From: Octopus sinensis | Lineage: Eukaryota | Length of the DNA stretch: 64,000 nucleotides | Direction of reading: 5' to 3' | Assembly: GCF_006345805.1 (NCBI RefSeq) | Contig: NC_043004.1 | Coordinates: 56,916,001-56,980,000, forward strand | Shown here: positions 51,976 through 64,000 of the stretch, one piece after another | Numbering within the stretch: the stretch's first letter is position 1 | Layout of the letters: each line of letters starts with the position of its first letter | Translations under genes and position numbers: made by a program | Notes under the pieces: generated by a model | Told to the model about the DNA's origin: nothing | What the model saw: only the letters and a program-made list of their open reading frames with translations | Databases searched by the model: none

Positions 51976-54887
51976 CTTGTGACTAGAGTAGAAAAGAATT
52001 CTGTTTCTTTCAGTTGAATCCACTGAATTACCATTCGTATGTTCCCAATTTCTTGTTGTGCTTCTCTACCAAACTTAATGTAGATAAGTGTTCTGTATTC
52101 TCTAAGTGGATGAGGAATCTATAAATTTATAAAATCTGATAAGACCTGTTTAGCACTAAAGCAATGACCAACACACCTAATTTGATTATGTAATAATAAC
52201 ACATACAGATGGAATATTACCATAAATCTCATCTTTCGTTTTGAGTTCATGTTATGAAATATTTGGGGCATCGTAACCCTTTCCTAGCTCAACGAAAACA
52301 TTAGTATATATCTTCCGTGTCCTTCAAGTGCACATGCCTATACTATTGTTAATTCGAGAATTTTTAGGCTTCAGTGTGCTTTGAATAGAGTTGAAAACGA
52401 CCTTTCGCCAGTTTTGTATTGGTCACCATCTGCTTATGCTTGTCATAGTATTGCTATATTTGCAGCATATACAAAGGGCAGATATTTTACGAAAAAACAG
52501 GATTTGAAGTTTTTCTTATACATGTAGTTCTCAAATGTAGTATTAAGGTAACAGCAACTGCATTCAACTAGGTATTTCATCTCATTGCAGTCTCAGTGAA
52601 ACCTTAGAACATTACTTTGGAAAAAGTGCGAAGGGCATATGAGACCTCATATGCTTTTATAGGAAAGAGAAAAGAAACTTTTAATGTGCATATCTTTCGT
52701 AAAGTTATCGGATATCTATGTGAGTTGAAATTGCTTCAAGTGAGGGCTTAAAACGCTTTGAATTTAATTATTTGGTATATGGTACTTTCCATCCTAATTA
52801 TATAAGTTATTAATTTAGTAAGAGATGAAGCCCTTAAAGCTCTTCTTTGGGGATATTTCAAAATAAGTAGAGAAAGAAAAAAGGAAAGAATAACTATTCA
52901 TGTATTAAGGCAATAAAATGCAGCACAAAGCCTCAGACTGAAAATTTTGCCTGAATTCTTGTAATAACTATTAATCTGTTAAATGCACCTAAAAGCAAGT
53001 TATTGGTGTTGAACCTGCCGGCCTTTAATCAATTTAACCACTTAAAAACAGATCTACGTAATTTAATGCGCTTCTGATAATTTTAGTTGTAGCCAAATTT
53101 GAACCGTTATAGCAAATCGAAATTTGTAAATTGACAGTGATTCCACAACATGCACTACACTTTTCCTGTGGAATGAAATATTCGATTTAAATAACCGCAG
53201 TACATTACTGGTATTTAATTTTCAAATATTTTAGGTCGGATTCGATTTCAAACCATAAAAGAGCACAACTTAATTGATGAGATATTTAGTCCGACGGAAT
53301 TCCAGTTTTGTCAACCAACATTTTATTGATAAGTGTAGAGTGCCTATGCAGCTACTTCTAAGTTGTATGAAATTATCGGAATTCACCGAAGCAACAGTTG
53401 TACGTGACATGCGCTTACCCTCTAGAAAAAGACAACATAAGTTCGGCCCAAAGATATTTGAGCTCATATTTTATGCGGTCTAAATCAGAATTCAGGTCTT
53501 TTCTCTTCCACTTCGACTAATATTTTCTTTATAAGATTATAATTTATTTATTCAATTTATGTGGCTGTACAACAACATTGTTCGCACAAAGTGCGTAGCT
53601 TATGAGTTTCAATGTAAATATCTTCGGAGAAAGATCTATTTTTTAGAATATTTCCTTTTCCTTTTGGTAATTAAATATTTGACTGTTTATATTGTGATAT
53701 TCTACTTCGAAATTGTTCACTTCCATGACATATTGATCGAACGGGTACATTCATATATTAACGTCATATTCCAATTTTATATTTATTTATTCATGTTTTC
53801 TGGGAGAACAGATTTCATAACCGAACAATTTATTTAAACAAGTACGTGTATGAAGGGAGTCTATTTAAAAATAATATAATGCTAACAATCACAATTCATT
53901 TATTTCTTGTGTGTGCTTCCCTCTCTATATTTTTCATTTCAGTCAAATAAACCACAATCGAATATTATTATCAAAACAATTAATAAATAAGAAAATGAAA
54001 GAAGCAAGAGACACAGACAAAAAGAATAGGAACTGAAACACAATAATTAATTCTACGTTATTGATTATATATTAAAAATTTCTACAATAGAAGACGTGAT
54101 GCAAAGTCTTCATATATCGATTTTATATTTATTTCTCTCAATGATTAAAAAAAAATAATTGAATAATTTTATATGTTTATCAAAAATGAAAATTTTAATT
54201 CACCGGAAAAAAAAGAGAAAAAATTATGTCCGTAGGCTATAACAATTACCAATTATTATTATAAGCATAGTGGTATATGTAACAATGACTAAAAATTGAT
54301 AGGAATTCAATCACAACACTTGAGAAAACCGCAAAATATGAGAAAACATTTCACAAGTAGTTGTCCAGAAGTTATTCTTCAAACGAATATATCCAATTAT
54401 AACGTCTTGATAACTGCTGTATTTCTAATCTCAGGCACTCTCACTTAGTACTTCATGCTGTCTTCCTTTATATTTTTCCTCCTTATACTATTACCTTTCT
54501 TTCTGCTGATACACTCATATATACACACAAGTATTGCGTAGGAACGCAGCCAATGATGAAGTTATGTCTACGATTATACAATGCACAGAGGAGTGTGTGT
54601 ATTTCTCTGTGTGTGAGTGAGTGTGCGAGTGTGTGTATTATATCGTATATACATCTATATAAATATGCAGATTTGCATTCGTACATATGGTTTGTTAGCA
54701 TGTGTACGACTGCAAATCCGCATATTTATATAGAGGTATATACGATATAATACACACACACACACTCACTCACACACCTCCGCACACACACACACATATA
54801 ATATATGTACACATACACGCGTACGCACACATACATATGTATGTTTCTGGGTCTGTCCTCCCACCTCGGGAACTTTCTTTCTCCTAT

Positions 54888-54922
54888 GTTTCCGACGAAG
54901 AGCTCCGCTCGAAACATCATAC
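54888..54922 (+). ncRNA. Degenerate hammerhead-like motif in a repeat spanning about 54845-55010
   Basis: GTTT CCGACGA A GAGC tcc GCTC GAAA CATC ATAC: perfect 4-bp stem II, U4C core variant, probable CpG decay in stem III, one stem I mismatch. Confidence 0.5.
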
Positions 54923-55308
54923 CCTCCTTCTTCCCCTCTTTCCTGAGCGCCCAATAATACTTTATTTGTTCCACATCCTCGCGTTGTTGAATTTTTGTTT
55001 TCTTGTTTGGATTAACTTTATATATATATATATATATATATATACATACATGCACACCACACAACCTCTTCGAATGAGCAACACAGAATCCACAGCTCCA
55101 TACTTTGAAATGACAACTATTGGAACTTACAGGAAATGCTTTTTTACCACTTCTGTACCCCACTTTACTCGAATAATGGAACTGCAACTACAGCATTTTA
55201 CATTTTATTTCAATTTTCACTCCCTTAATTCCCTCTATATTCCCTATCTTCCATAAGAATTCCTTATTTCGAACTCAATTATTTACGTTCATTTAACCAT
55301 CTCACATC

Positions 55309-55356
55309 GTCTCTGATGAAGGGATATCCATAATATCTAAGAAACAGCTGTAAGAC
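55309..55356 (+). ncRNA. Minimal type I hammerhead ribozyme motif with palindromic stem III
   Basis: GTCT CTGATGA AG GGATAT ccata ATATCT AA GAAA CAGCTG T A AGAC: stem I GTCT/AGAC, palindrome ACAGCTGT at 55344-55351, GUA triplet. Confidence 0.72.
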
Positions 55357-55494
55357 TATATCTATATCTTTTCCTTATAAATATCCTGAAAACTCCTCAC
55401 AGCCTTGACATTGTTATCTCATTTTGTCTAATATATATATATTTTTGTGTGTGTGTGTGTTTATCATATATACACGTATACACAAATATGCACG

Positions 55495-55541
55495 GTCATA
55501 CATATTAATATAATATAATATAATATAATATAATATAATAT

Positions 55542-55610
<69 letters not shown>

Positions 55611-55640
55611 TTATTTATATATTTATATATGTATGTGTGT
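55495..55640. repeat. (ATATAATA)n grading into (TA)n
   Basis: Directly visible. Confidence 0.9.
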
Positions 55641-57220
55641 GTATATACATCTGTATGCCGGAAAAATTATTTCTTTCTCATTCATCAAAATCAAACGCTA
55701 GATGGGGGATTTTTGTAGACACATTAACAATCATATAGGTGTTGCTCTAACATGGCCGCAACTGTCGGACAGGAACTATATATGCAGATACATGCATACA
55801 AAAATACCTACGTGCGCCTCTCTATGTATGTATATGACAGCGTTTGTAAGTGAGTGTATGCTTGTGTATACTCAATGTATTTAATACTATTTATATATTC
55901 TATTTTTGTACATCTTAGCAACTGATATTAGATAAATTCATTTTACAACCTTAAATAAAAGCTAAATTATAAGCTGTGTTGTGTGCAAAAATATATCTAT
56001 GTTTGTGTGTGTGTTTTTGCGTGTGTATTTAGATAAATATATGCGTGCATATTTTTCTACGAATGTATGTGTATATCCATGTGTGAATGCGCACGCGTTT
56101 TCTAAGACACACAATCATATTCACATTCATAAAACATGAGTTTTGTTTTTATGTACACGTCTATCTCTTGCTGTATTTTTATATGTTATCGATGTATTAT
56201 TTCTTGTATATCTTTCTAAGAATGTCTTGATATAGTTGCAAGATATGAGGACGCAGTGCATCTAATTTTCGACGTTTGCGATGGAAATGTGATTAGGGCA
56301 ACCAGATAGGTCAAATGAGAATATAGTCCCTAATAAAATCCATGGAAGTGTTGCTAAAAATACCGAACCATTGACCGGTTCTTTGTGATTATAAATGGAG
56401 AACAAGGCGTAAGTGGTAAGTAGTCGCTGTGAATAGGATCTAGACAGAATATCTATAAACCGTTATTAACACAATTATGAATGTTGTTTTTCTATCTTAG
56501 TTCATCTTAAATATATACAAACACATACCGATGGACTTACACATATTATATACAAAACACACTAACAAGCACCACACATGTATTCACATATACACTTATA
56601 TCAACGCATATAAGTTCAGATATTTCTCATTTATTTAAGAAGTCAAAAATGTATATACACAGGCGCCTGCATACATACACGCACATATATATACTCACAC
56701 ATGCGTACAACACATACACATGCACACATTTCCTGATAACTGAACTCCAAAGATAGAATATTGTTTCTTCTTTGTTAGAAATTTGTTCCTTCTTCAGAAC
56801 AACTCAAATAACTTACGATAGTAAACATACACCCAAGCGTATATACGTAAATACATTCGTACGTATAGATATACGTACACACATGCGTCTTGGTATCTAT
56901 AAGTGTTGCTTTGCTTAAGTATCTGTCAAGTATAAATGTACTATTTTTACACATATCTGTTACTCAGCAAATGTATTCTATAAGACACTGGGTGCCAAGT
57001 TTAATAAAATTAAATTTTTTACAGTACTTTTAAAATTATCAAATATTTAGGTAATGAAAGTGCAATTATATAGACGCGAAATCTATTTTATTCCCACATT
57101 AATAAAAATGGCTAGGGTGTCAAATGATTTCAGTAATATAAGTAATAACTCCATGTTCAGGTGTGCGCGATCTACAACCTGTCAGTAGGAAAATGAGGGT
57201 AGACACTCGATTTTACTTAC

Positions 57221-57247
57221 TTCTAATAGAGTTTTCGAAAATTCATG
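57221..57247 (-). CDS. Candidate 27-nt in-frame microexon (HEFSKTLLE) of an unidentified host gene
   Basis: Minus strand TTCATCCTCTGCTTTTTGCATAG|CATGAATTTTCGAAAACTCTATTAGAA|GTAAGT. Splice-signal evidence only; no homology. Confidence 0.3.
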
Positions 57248-57329
57248 CTATGCAAAAAGCAGAGGATGAAGCTAATGGTAAATCGGAAACAAATTTCGTA
57301 AAGGGGCAGCAAATTCTGGGTGGGAATAA

Positions 57330-57885
57330 GATTACTTCGACCCTTGTGCTCAACAGATAGTTATTTCATCAACTCCGAAAGTATGAAAGGTTAAGTCAAC
57401 CTCCTAGGAATTTGAACTCAGAACGTAAAGACGGACAAACAGAGGATTAGCATTTTGACTGACGTGCAAATGATTCTGCCAACACGCATCATTTGGTTTC
57501 AAATTTTGGCACAAAGCCAGCAAGTTCGGATAGAGAGTTTAGTCGAATCGACACCGAAATGATGAATTGGAAAATCAGTTTCGGTGGAATTTGATCTCAA
57601 AACTTAAAGGAGAACCAAAGCCCGCCGTACTGATGATACTGCCAGCTTGCCGACTTAATAGTAGTGGTAATGGTTTTCAATTTGGTCACAAGGCCAGCAA
57701 ATTTGGATGAGGGGTTAAGTCGGTTACATTGACTCCAGTGTTCAACTGGTACGTATTTCAACAACCACAGTAGAATGAAAGGGAAAATCAATCTCGGCGG
57801 AATTTAATCTGAGAACATAAAGACGGACAAAATGCTGTTAAGCACTTTGTCCGAATGACTAACGTTTCTGCCGTCTATCTGCCTT
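57330..57885 (-). mobile_element. Three degenerate SINE family 2 fragments in series
   Basis: GAATTTGAACTCAGAACGTAAAGACGGACAAA (about 57410-57440); GGTTTCAAATTTTGGCACAAAGCCAGC (57495) and GGTTTTCAATTTGGTCACAAGGCCAGC (57672) tails. Confidence 0.75.
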
Positions 57886-60800
57886 AATAATAATGATAAT
57901 ATTAACTGAAATGAGTCGATGCCAAGAGGTGATAGTTTAGATGCGTGGGGGATAAACTATACGTACATAAATTCTGTTACTAAACTAAATTATTTTTTGC
58001 CTTTATCTCTCCATTTTCTTATTTCATTTTTATTCCTTTGAAATTTCTAATGAGCAATCATTTTATTGACCATTATGATAAAGATAGCGAGCATATGAAG
58101 ATAGCGAGCATATGAAATTATTCTTAATCTAAAATATGCCTTCTCTAGTAGAGAAGTCTAAAATACGGGCTTAATTGAAAATGTCCAGCTGCTTAGCAAA
58201 GGGGCTCGCTCTGTTAAAATTACATTGCGTTTTGGTTATCTTTCTCTCGTTATAGTACAATGCCACACAGATTTCTTAATTCAAATATAGCGGTTAGGTT
58301 AAAATATTGTAATTAGGGTAAACATATTTTGATTAGGATGAAAATAAGAAACAATTCCTAATATAGTCTATAATATGACCAGTTAAAACACAAAGTCACA
58401 TTCGAGAAGTGAGACACAACATTATTCAACATGTGTGTCCTGAAGTTATTATTAGTATGTTTTACGTTTGTGTAACATGTTGGAGATGTTCTTCAGACAA
58501 ATAGAACATAACATAAAATATTGAACCACAACACTTAGACAGTAGTCGTTGTTCACATTTTGACAGAAATATTGAAGGAAATATTAAGATGTACAAAAAC
58601 AAACGAACAAACAAAAATATCGAAATGCTGTTCAAATCGGAATTCTTAATAATTGCTCCCATTCACCGTAGGATTCACATCACTGTGACTAAATGTCTCA
58701 AGACTCTTGACTGATATCCAACTCATTGATATAATTCAAAAATAGAAAACCTCCTTGTTAATTTGTAAAGAAAGTTTAAATAGAAATGTTTCGACTAATA
58801 AAAGAAAATAATATTTATCTTAATGAAAGAAATGGTTTCGCTGTTCGAAATGTCCTCTATTAATATGAAACAAAGAAGTATATTAATGAAGAAATAAGAA
58901 GTAAACAAGAGTTAGAAAATATATTACAAAATAAGGTGAGACAATCTAATCAATATTTTCGTCAATAAAAAATAGTAGCAATAATTACAAGAAAAACAAA
59001 CAAGTGGAACAAACAAAATAACCAAAATAAAAAGCGAAGAAATGTTCTTTTTCAAACAATTATTTCCGCGGTTCTATAGATCCCCAGACTTTCATTTTGA
59101 CTTTTCACAAACAAAATACAGAAAAAGAAATCTTGTCAAAATATCTAATCTTAGCAATTCCAACGAAAATAGAATATTTGATTAAGCTGTGTCGATTAAT
59201 GCCAAATAGAAGAGAAAGGTTGATTTGTCCAAAGCATTCTTTCTAATAAATTTATTGTTACTGTTTATTTAACCTTCGCACCGAATTCGGTTTCACCTTC
59301 ACCACTTTGTTAAAAGGGGAATGAAATTTTCAGTATAATTGTTTATTCCCAAAGTGAATTGTTTGTGTAAGTTAGTGTAAGTATTTGGGTTCTGATAAAT
59401 ATATTTTCTCCTGAGCATAATGCATTTAGATATAAACTTGTGATTTAGTATGATTTAGAGTTACGGGATGGATGAGTTGATAGGGCATTTCACTATATCT
59501 TAGTGTCGAGATTGATCGATCGTAGCTGTGAATAAATGGGTTTAGAAAATTGAAGTATTTTATAGAAAGAGAAACAAACAGATATAAAATGTGGAAAAAC
59601 ATTAGATTGAAGCCAACAGTAGTAGATGGTATATAATCCTATTATGGTAACTAAGTAAATACAGTCAAAATTCAGTTCACGTTGAAATGTAATGTACCCC
59701 GTTACTATGTGTATAGTACATTATCTATAAAAATTAAAACACGCATTTGTGGAAATATTTTCTATACCTTGCCGTCCGAGAGCTAAGGATTTAATGTAAC
59801 TGCAGTAGATAACGATAAATGTATGCCTTAAATCACGTTTAGCAGCTACACATGGACTTGTTATTCACATCCGTTTACATAAATATTCATAAGTTCATCT
59901 GTCCATAAAGAAGAGTGTTATTTATACCAGGTCATCAATCACGTATATATACTAAATTGATTGGATATTGCATCAAATATTAATTGTTTGTTTTCCTTTG
60001 TTTGCCAAAGGTTTCTAGGATTTGGTGATGGAGGACAAACAATTGGTTGGATGTCTGCGCTGAGAATCATGTAGTCGTTGCTTCCAGTGCTGAAACGCGC
60101 GGCTTTTATTATCCTTGGAGACATATTTATTCATACACAAAGAAGAAACAGAGCATGATCATGCGAAATATGGGGCTTGACAGATTGTGACACTAGCATA
60201 GTGTATATCACTTGTTCTACACGGCAATTCAGCGAAATATATAATACCTAGTGAAATTTCTATGGTCTTTCTAATGACAAAAGATAATTCACTCTCACGA
60301 AAACCGATTACTTGGAAATATGATCAGAGTTAATGTGTAAATGCTTAACAGAACTGCCGAATAGAGCTAAATTTTACAAATTTCCTGGACAAAACAGAAA
60401 AAAAGCTCAGGTTTATATAGTGTAACCATATTTGAAGAAAATATTCACCACTCTGACAAATAAACTTTAAAAGCTCGGACAGGGAGAGATTGTTATTACA
60501 CAAACCAGTTCACATGAATTTATCAAAAAAAAAAAAAGAAAGGGGAAAAGAACACGATAATCAGAGTAACAGAATGTCATGAGAATTGTATATATGTTAA
60601 ATATTTCTTTCATTTAACGCATTTAATTCCATTTTTACAATATTGGTTGCATGTAATCATAATGTAAATCTGCGTGCGCAGGCGCTTGTGTGTGCATGTG
60701 TGCGCGTGTTTTAAAACGTTAATACCAATCGCAGACAGAACATGATTACAGAACAGTGATATTGTTTGAACATTAGAATACAAATATGTTTGATGCTTCT

Positions 60801-61449
60801 GACTGAGAATGAAGAGCAGTGTCTAAGGATAAAGGAGAGAAAATCAAAAACGGCAAGTCGAAGATGTACGAGTCTCTTACGAAAGTGGCAGCGATATGAG
60901 GTGGACAATAGCAAAATTAGTCTGAGAAGTCGGAGCAAGTGTAAGGTAGTCTGCTACAGATGTACACTGGAATGGTTTGATATAAAATATAACGGATAAT
61001 GCATGCTCATGGGAAAATAATGTCAAAGGTCGTAACGCAATTTTAATGCCACAGGAAGGATACCCTCATCTTTAAAATCCGAAATATGTTTTAAGACTAG
61101 TTCTCAGCGTCATGGTTATCAGCTTTAATTTCCTCCAGTCACGGTAACTTACCTATCAATGGCCCCTCTCACATACCTCAGGAACTACTAATACGTTATA
61201 CGTTCCTAGTCTCCCTTGCTCCACTTCCTTCTTACATATATCCGGTTCTTTCAGCTCTTCTCAAATTATCATAATTTGTATGTAAACTAAATGCCCACGT
61301 GCATTTGGTTTGCATACGTGAGTAGATCAACAGAATTCCACGACTAAATTAAGAACGACCTCTCCGATATCTAACTCGTCGACTTCACCGGTTTTCAAGA
61401 AATCTTTAAGTTTTATGAAGAATAATTCCTCCTCGAAATTTAACGATTA

Positions 61450-61542
61450 TACATACATACATACATACATACATACATACATACATACATACATACATAC
61501 ATACATACATACATACATACATACATACATACATACATACAT
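61450..61542. repeat. (TACA)n microsatellite
   Basis: Directly visible. Confidence 0.95.
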
Positions 61543-63154
61543 GCACGCACGCACAAACACATATATATATAAAATTGATAATTATGTATATGTGTGTATA
61601 TAAGTATATTAAGGGAGCAAGGGCGAAAAATGCTGAGGCATTCAAATACTACCGGTAAACTCCAAAAATATACATGCATTCTAAGCGAGCGAGTGAAGAA
61701 ACATTGAAAATACTTCACGTTTAATTATGAATTGGGTCTAATTCCCAGATTAAAGCCATACAACAGGCCTTTTTCCTTCGTCATCACAATACACGAGAAA
61801 TATAAATAGACATAATTATAAATAAAAATAGTTATAAATAAAGATATAGATTATAAATGCAAATAATTATAAATACAAATAATTATATATATCCGTACAA
61901 AACAGATTCGCACGTCCACATACACATATTTGCACGTATACATCGAAGAAAAGTCAGATTATTACTTTTTCACGACAAACAGTGTATATTATCAAAACAG
62001 CTCCGCATAAAATGCTATTTACATTTATATTTCTCTTGTATTGTGCTGATAAAGGAAAAGGCCAGTTTTATGGCTTTAATCTAGAAATTGGACCCAATTC
62101 ACAATTGTCGTGAAGAGTTTTTAATGTTTTTTCACTCGCTCATTTATAATCAGGAAATATTTCTGGCGTTTTTCTGTAGTATCTGAATGCCTCAACATAC
62201 AAGCATGTTGGAGATAGGTCGTCTTTTTTCAACCTTGCTCCCTTAGTACAATTATATACATACACGTATAATTATTTATTTAATGTTTAAATTACCTATA
62301 AATTTTTATTGTGTGCTGACTACCTGATCAAAATTGTTAATGTGATTTTGTCCTTATATACTAATATGAATTAATAAATAGTATATATATGCATGTATAT
62401 ATGTGTGTATGCATGTGTATATATATATATACATGTAAATATATATGTATGTGTGTGTGTGTAAATAATTTGGTTTACAATTTGTCTTGTAGATCGAAGA
62501 ATATATGAAGACACTTGGCTAAGATGAGTGTTCAATAGGTGTGTTCGATTGATGGGTACATAAATATAACAAACTATTCAGATCATCGTTATTTGAATTG
62601 TGTTTTCTGTCCAATATTAAATTTCCTGATATCGGGATTGAGGTACACAGTAGCCTTAATTTCCTAAATAAAATATCTTGTAGTCTTTTCCTGTTGGGAG
62701 TCGTAGTTTACGTCAAAATAGATGAAGTGCTGCTTAAGTATCAGCTCTGTCTAAATAAATGTTTTACATTTCGTCTCGTACCAGTGGAAGAGACAATTGT
62801 CCGCAAGCGCTTTGTTTAAATTCATCTTAATGAATCTGTTTATTGTGCGTTCAAAGAAACAAGTTTAGTAGAAAATATTGTCATTTTTTGCTTGTACTAA
62901 TGAACACGGTTTTTATTCTGTATTCGTATCCTCTTCTTACCAAAACATATCTCATAGTACAGAATCCTATCTGTTATTCAAACTTGTCCACAAATGCAAA
63001 TTACTCTGTATAAAATAAATTATTTTAACTTCAAACAGCTACCAATATTCTAAATGAATTTGCCTAAAATTATGTTCGAATATAATTGTATCTGAACCGG
63101 GAGTTTGCTGAATATAGCAAGAAAGACAAATGACCACCGTATCTCTTTCCTCAC

Positions 63155-63247
63155 GCCTATTGTAATATTATATTGTTGCTGTTCTTCAGCCACATTATGG
63201 ACCAAATCGAGTAAACGAGAGATCAAAAGTAACGAAGCCAATACCAT
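63155..63247 (-). CDS. Candidate first coding exon with a hydrophobic N-terminus
   Basis: CACCGCC-ATG-G context; MVLASLLLISRLLDLVHNVAEEQQQYNITIG followed by GGC|GTGAGG possible donor. No recognisable homology. Confidence 0.2.
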
Positions 63248-64000
63248 GGCGGTGTTGTTTTAAAAGGATATTGAATATGCGTTATATAATCTAATTTTTT
63301 TTCTTTATCAAGACGGTAGCTGTATTTGCAAGAGAAATTGGGGTACTATTTCATTCCTACTAAACCGAATCAATGCAATAACGCAGCGTTGTTCAGCCGT
63401 TTAGACAACGGTTCAGCTGAGAGCAAGCCACATAATGTCCAAACAGATATATCTAAAAAGATGGGACAAAAGCAATGAGAGAGAGAGAGAGTGACTGAGG
63501 AAAATAGAGAGATATCAGGAGAGCAAGAATGGTGACATAGCTATTCTGAAAGACTAGTTAAGGACGCTTTTAGTCATCAAAACTACATTTAAGGTAGTAG
63601 TGAATTCCAATTCCTCTATGATTCACCTATAGTGCATGTCTGTACACGAGAAAAAAAAACTGAAATATATAGCTAAATTCACTTGGAGGAGACTATTCTG
63701 CTAATGAGTAACAGCAACAAAAATATTGATTGTGCTTACAAGATCTTTGCCATAAATGTAATTGTCTATAAGGCAAAGAAAAAGAAGATATTAATGAACC
63801 ACTGTGTAGTGTTGAAGGTAAAAACTATACAAAAAGAGATTATTTAATAAGATTCATTAATCAAATGAGAGTCGTATATTTCTAGTAGACAGATTTTTAG
63901 GTAAAGCTATTAATGAACATCTCTAACAATTCACTGCTAAATAGTTGTTTTAGAAGAATATATGGAAATATGAAACCGTGGTAGATAGATGTGCAGCATA

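Noticed and set aside
53419-53480. Minus-strand exon candidate DRIKYELKYLWAELMLSFSR before GTAAGC
   Set aside because: Good donor but purine-rich, poor acceptor and no homology.
59939-60124. TGSND motif as a WD40 repeat
   Set aside because: Lacks the rest of the repeat pattern (GH...WD spacing) and suitable splice sites.
63155-63200. VAEEQ...TIG as a protocadherin EC1 start
   Set aside because: Spacing is off by one residue and the frame stops after 65 aa, with no cadherin motifs (DxD, LDRE, DxNDN).

Overview
AT-rich, microsatellite-dense, repeat-dominated eukaryotic DNA that looks intergenic or intronic. The repeat landscape resembles a cephalopod (Octopus-like) genome; this is an inference from the repeat families, not a database result. 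I can support no intact host gene, rRNA, true tRNA or CRISPR array, and most ORF-track calls are microsatellite translations. What can be supported: decayed non-LTR retrotransposon fragments (CR1/L2-group x3, L1/Tx1-like x2, RTE-like, R4/Dong-like, and a Penelope-like RT/GIY-YIG fragment), several tRNA-derived SINE families in about 20 copies, non-autonomous Helitron-like elements in (TA)n, a mariner-like MITE, and long inverted repeats. The most interesting signals are: (1) four unrelated minimal type I hammerhead ribozyme motifs, three with self-complementary stem III, one of them in a composite with a tRNA-like Pol III head and (AAT)n; (2) a SINE that recurs as head-to-tail 184-185 nt multimers joined at the same junction at three loci; (3) a 2x2 module-shuffled SINE set; (4) a covarying 3' hairpin shared by a LINE and a SINE; (5) weak minus-strand host-exon candidates, including a 27-nt microexon. 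Boundaries of decayed repeats are approximate (about +/-10-30 nt).
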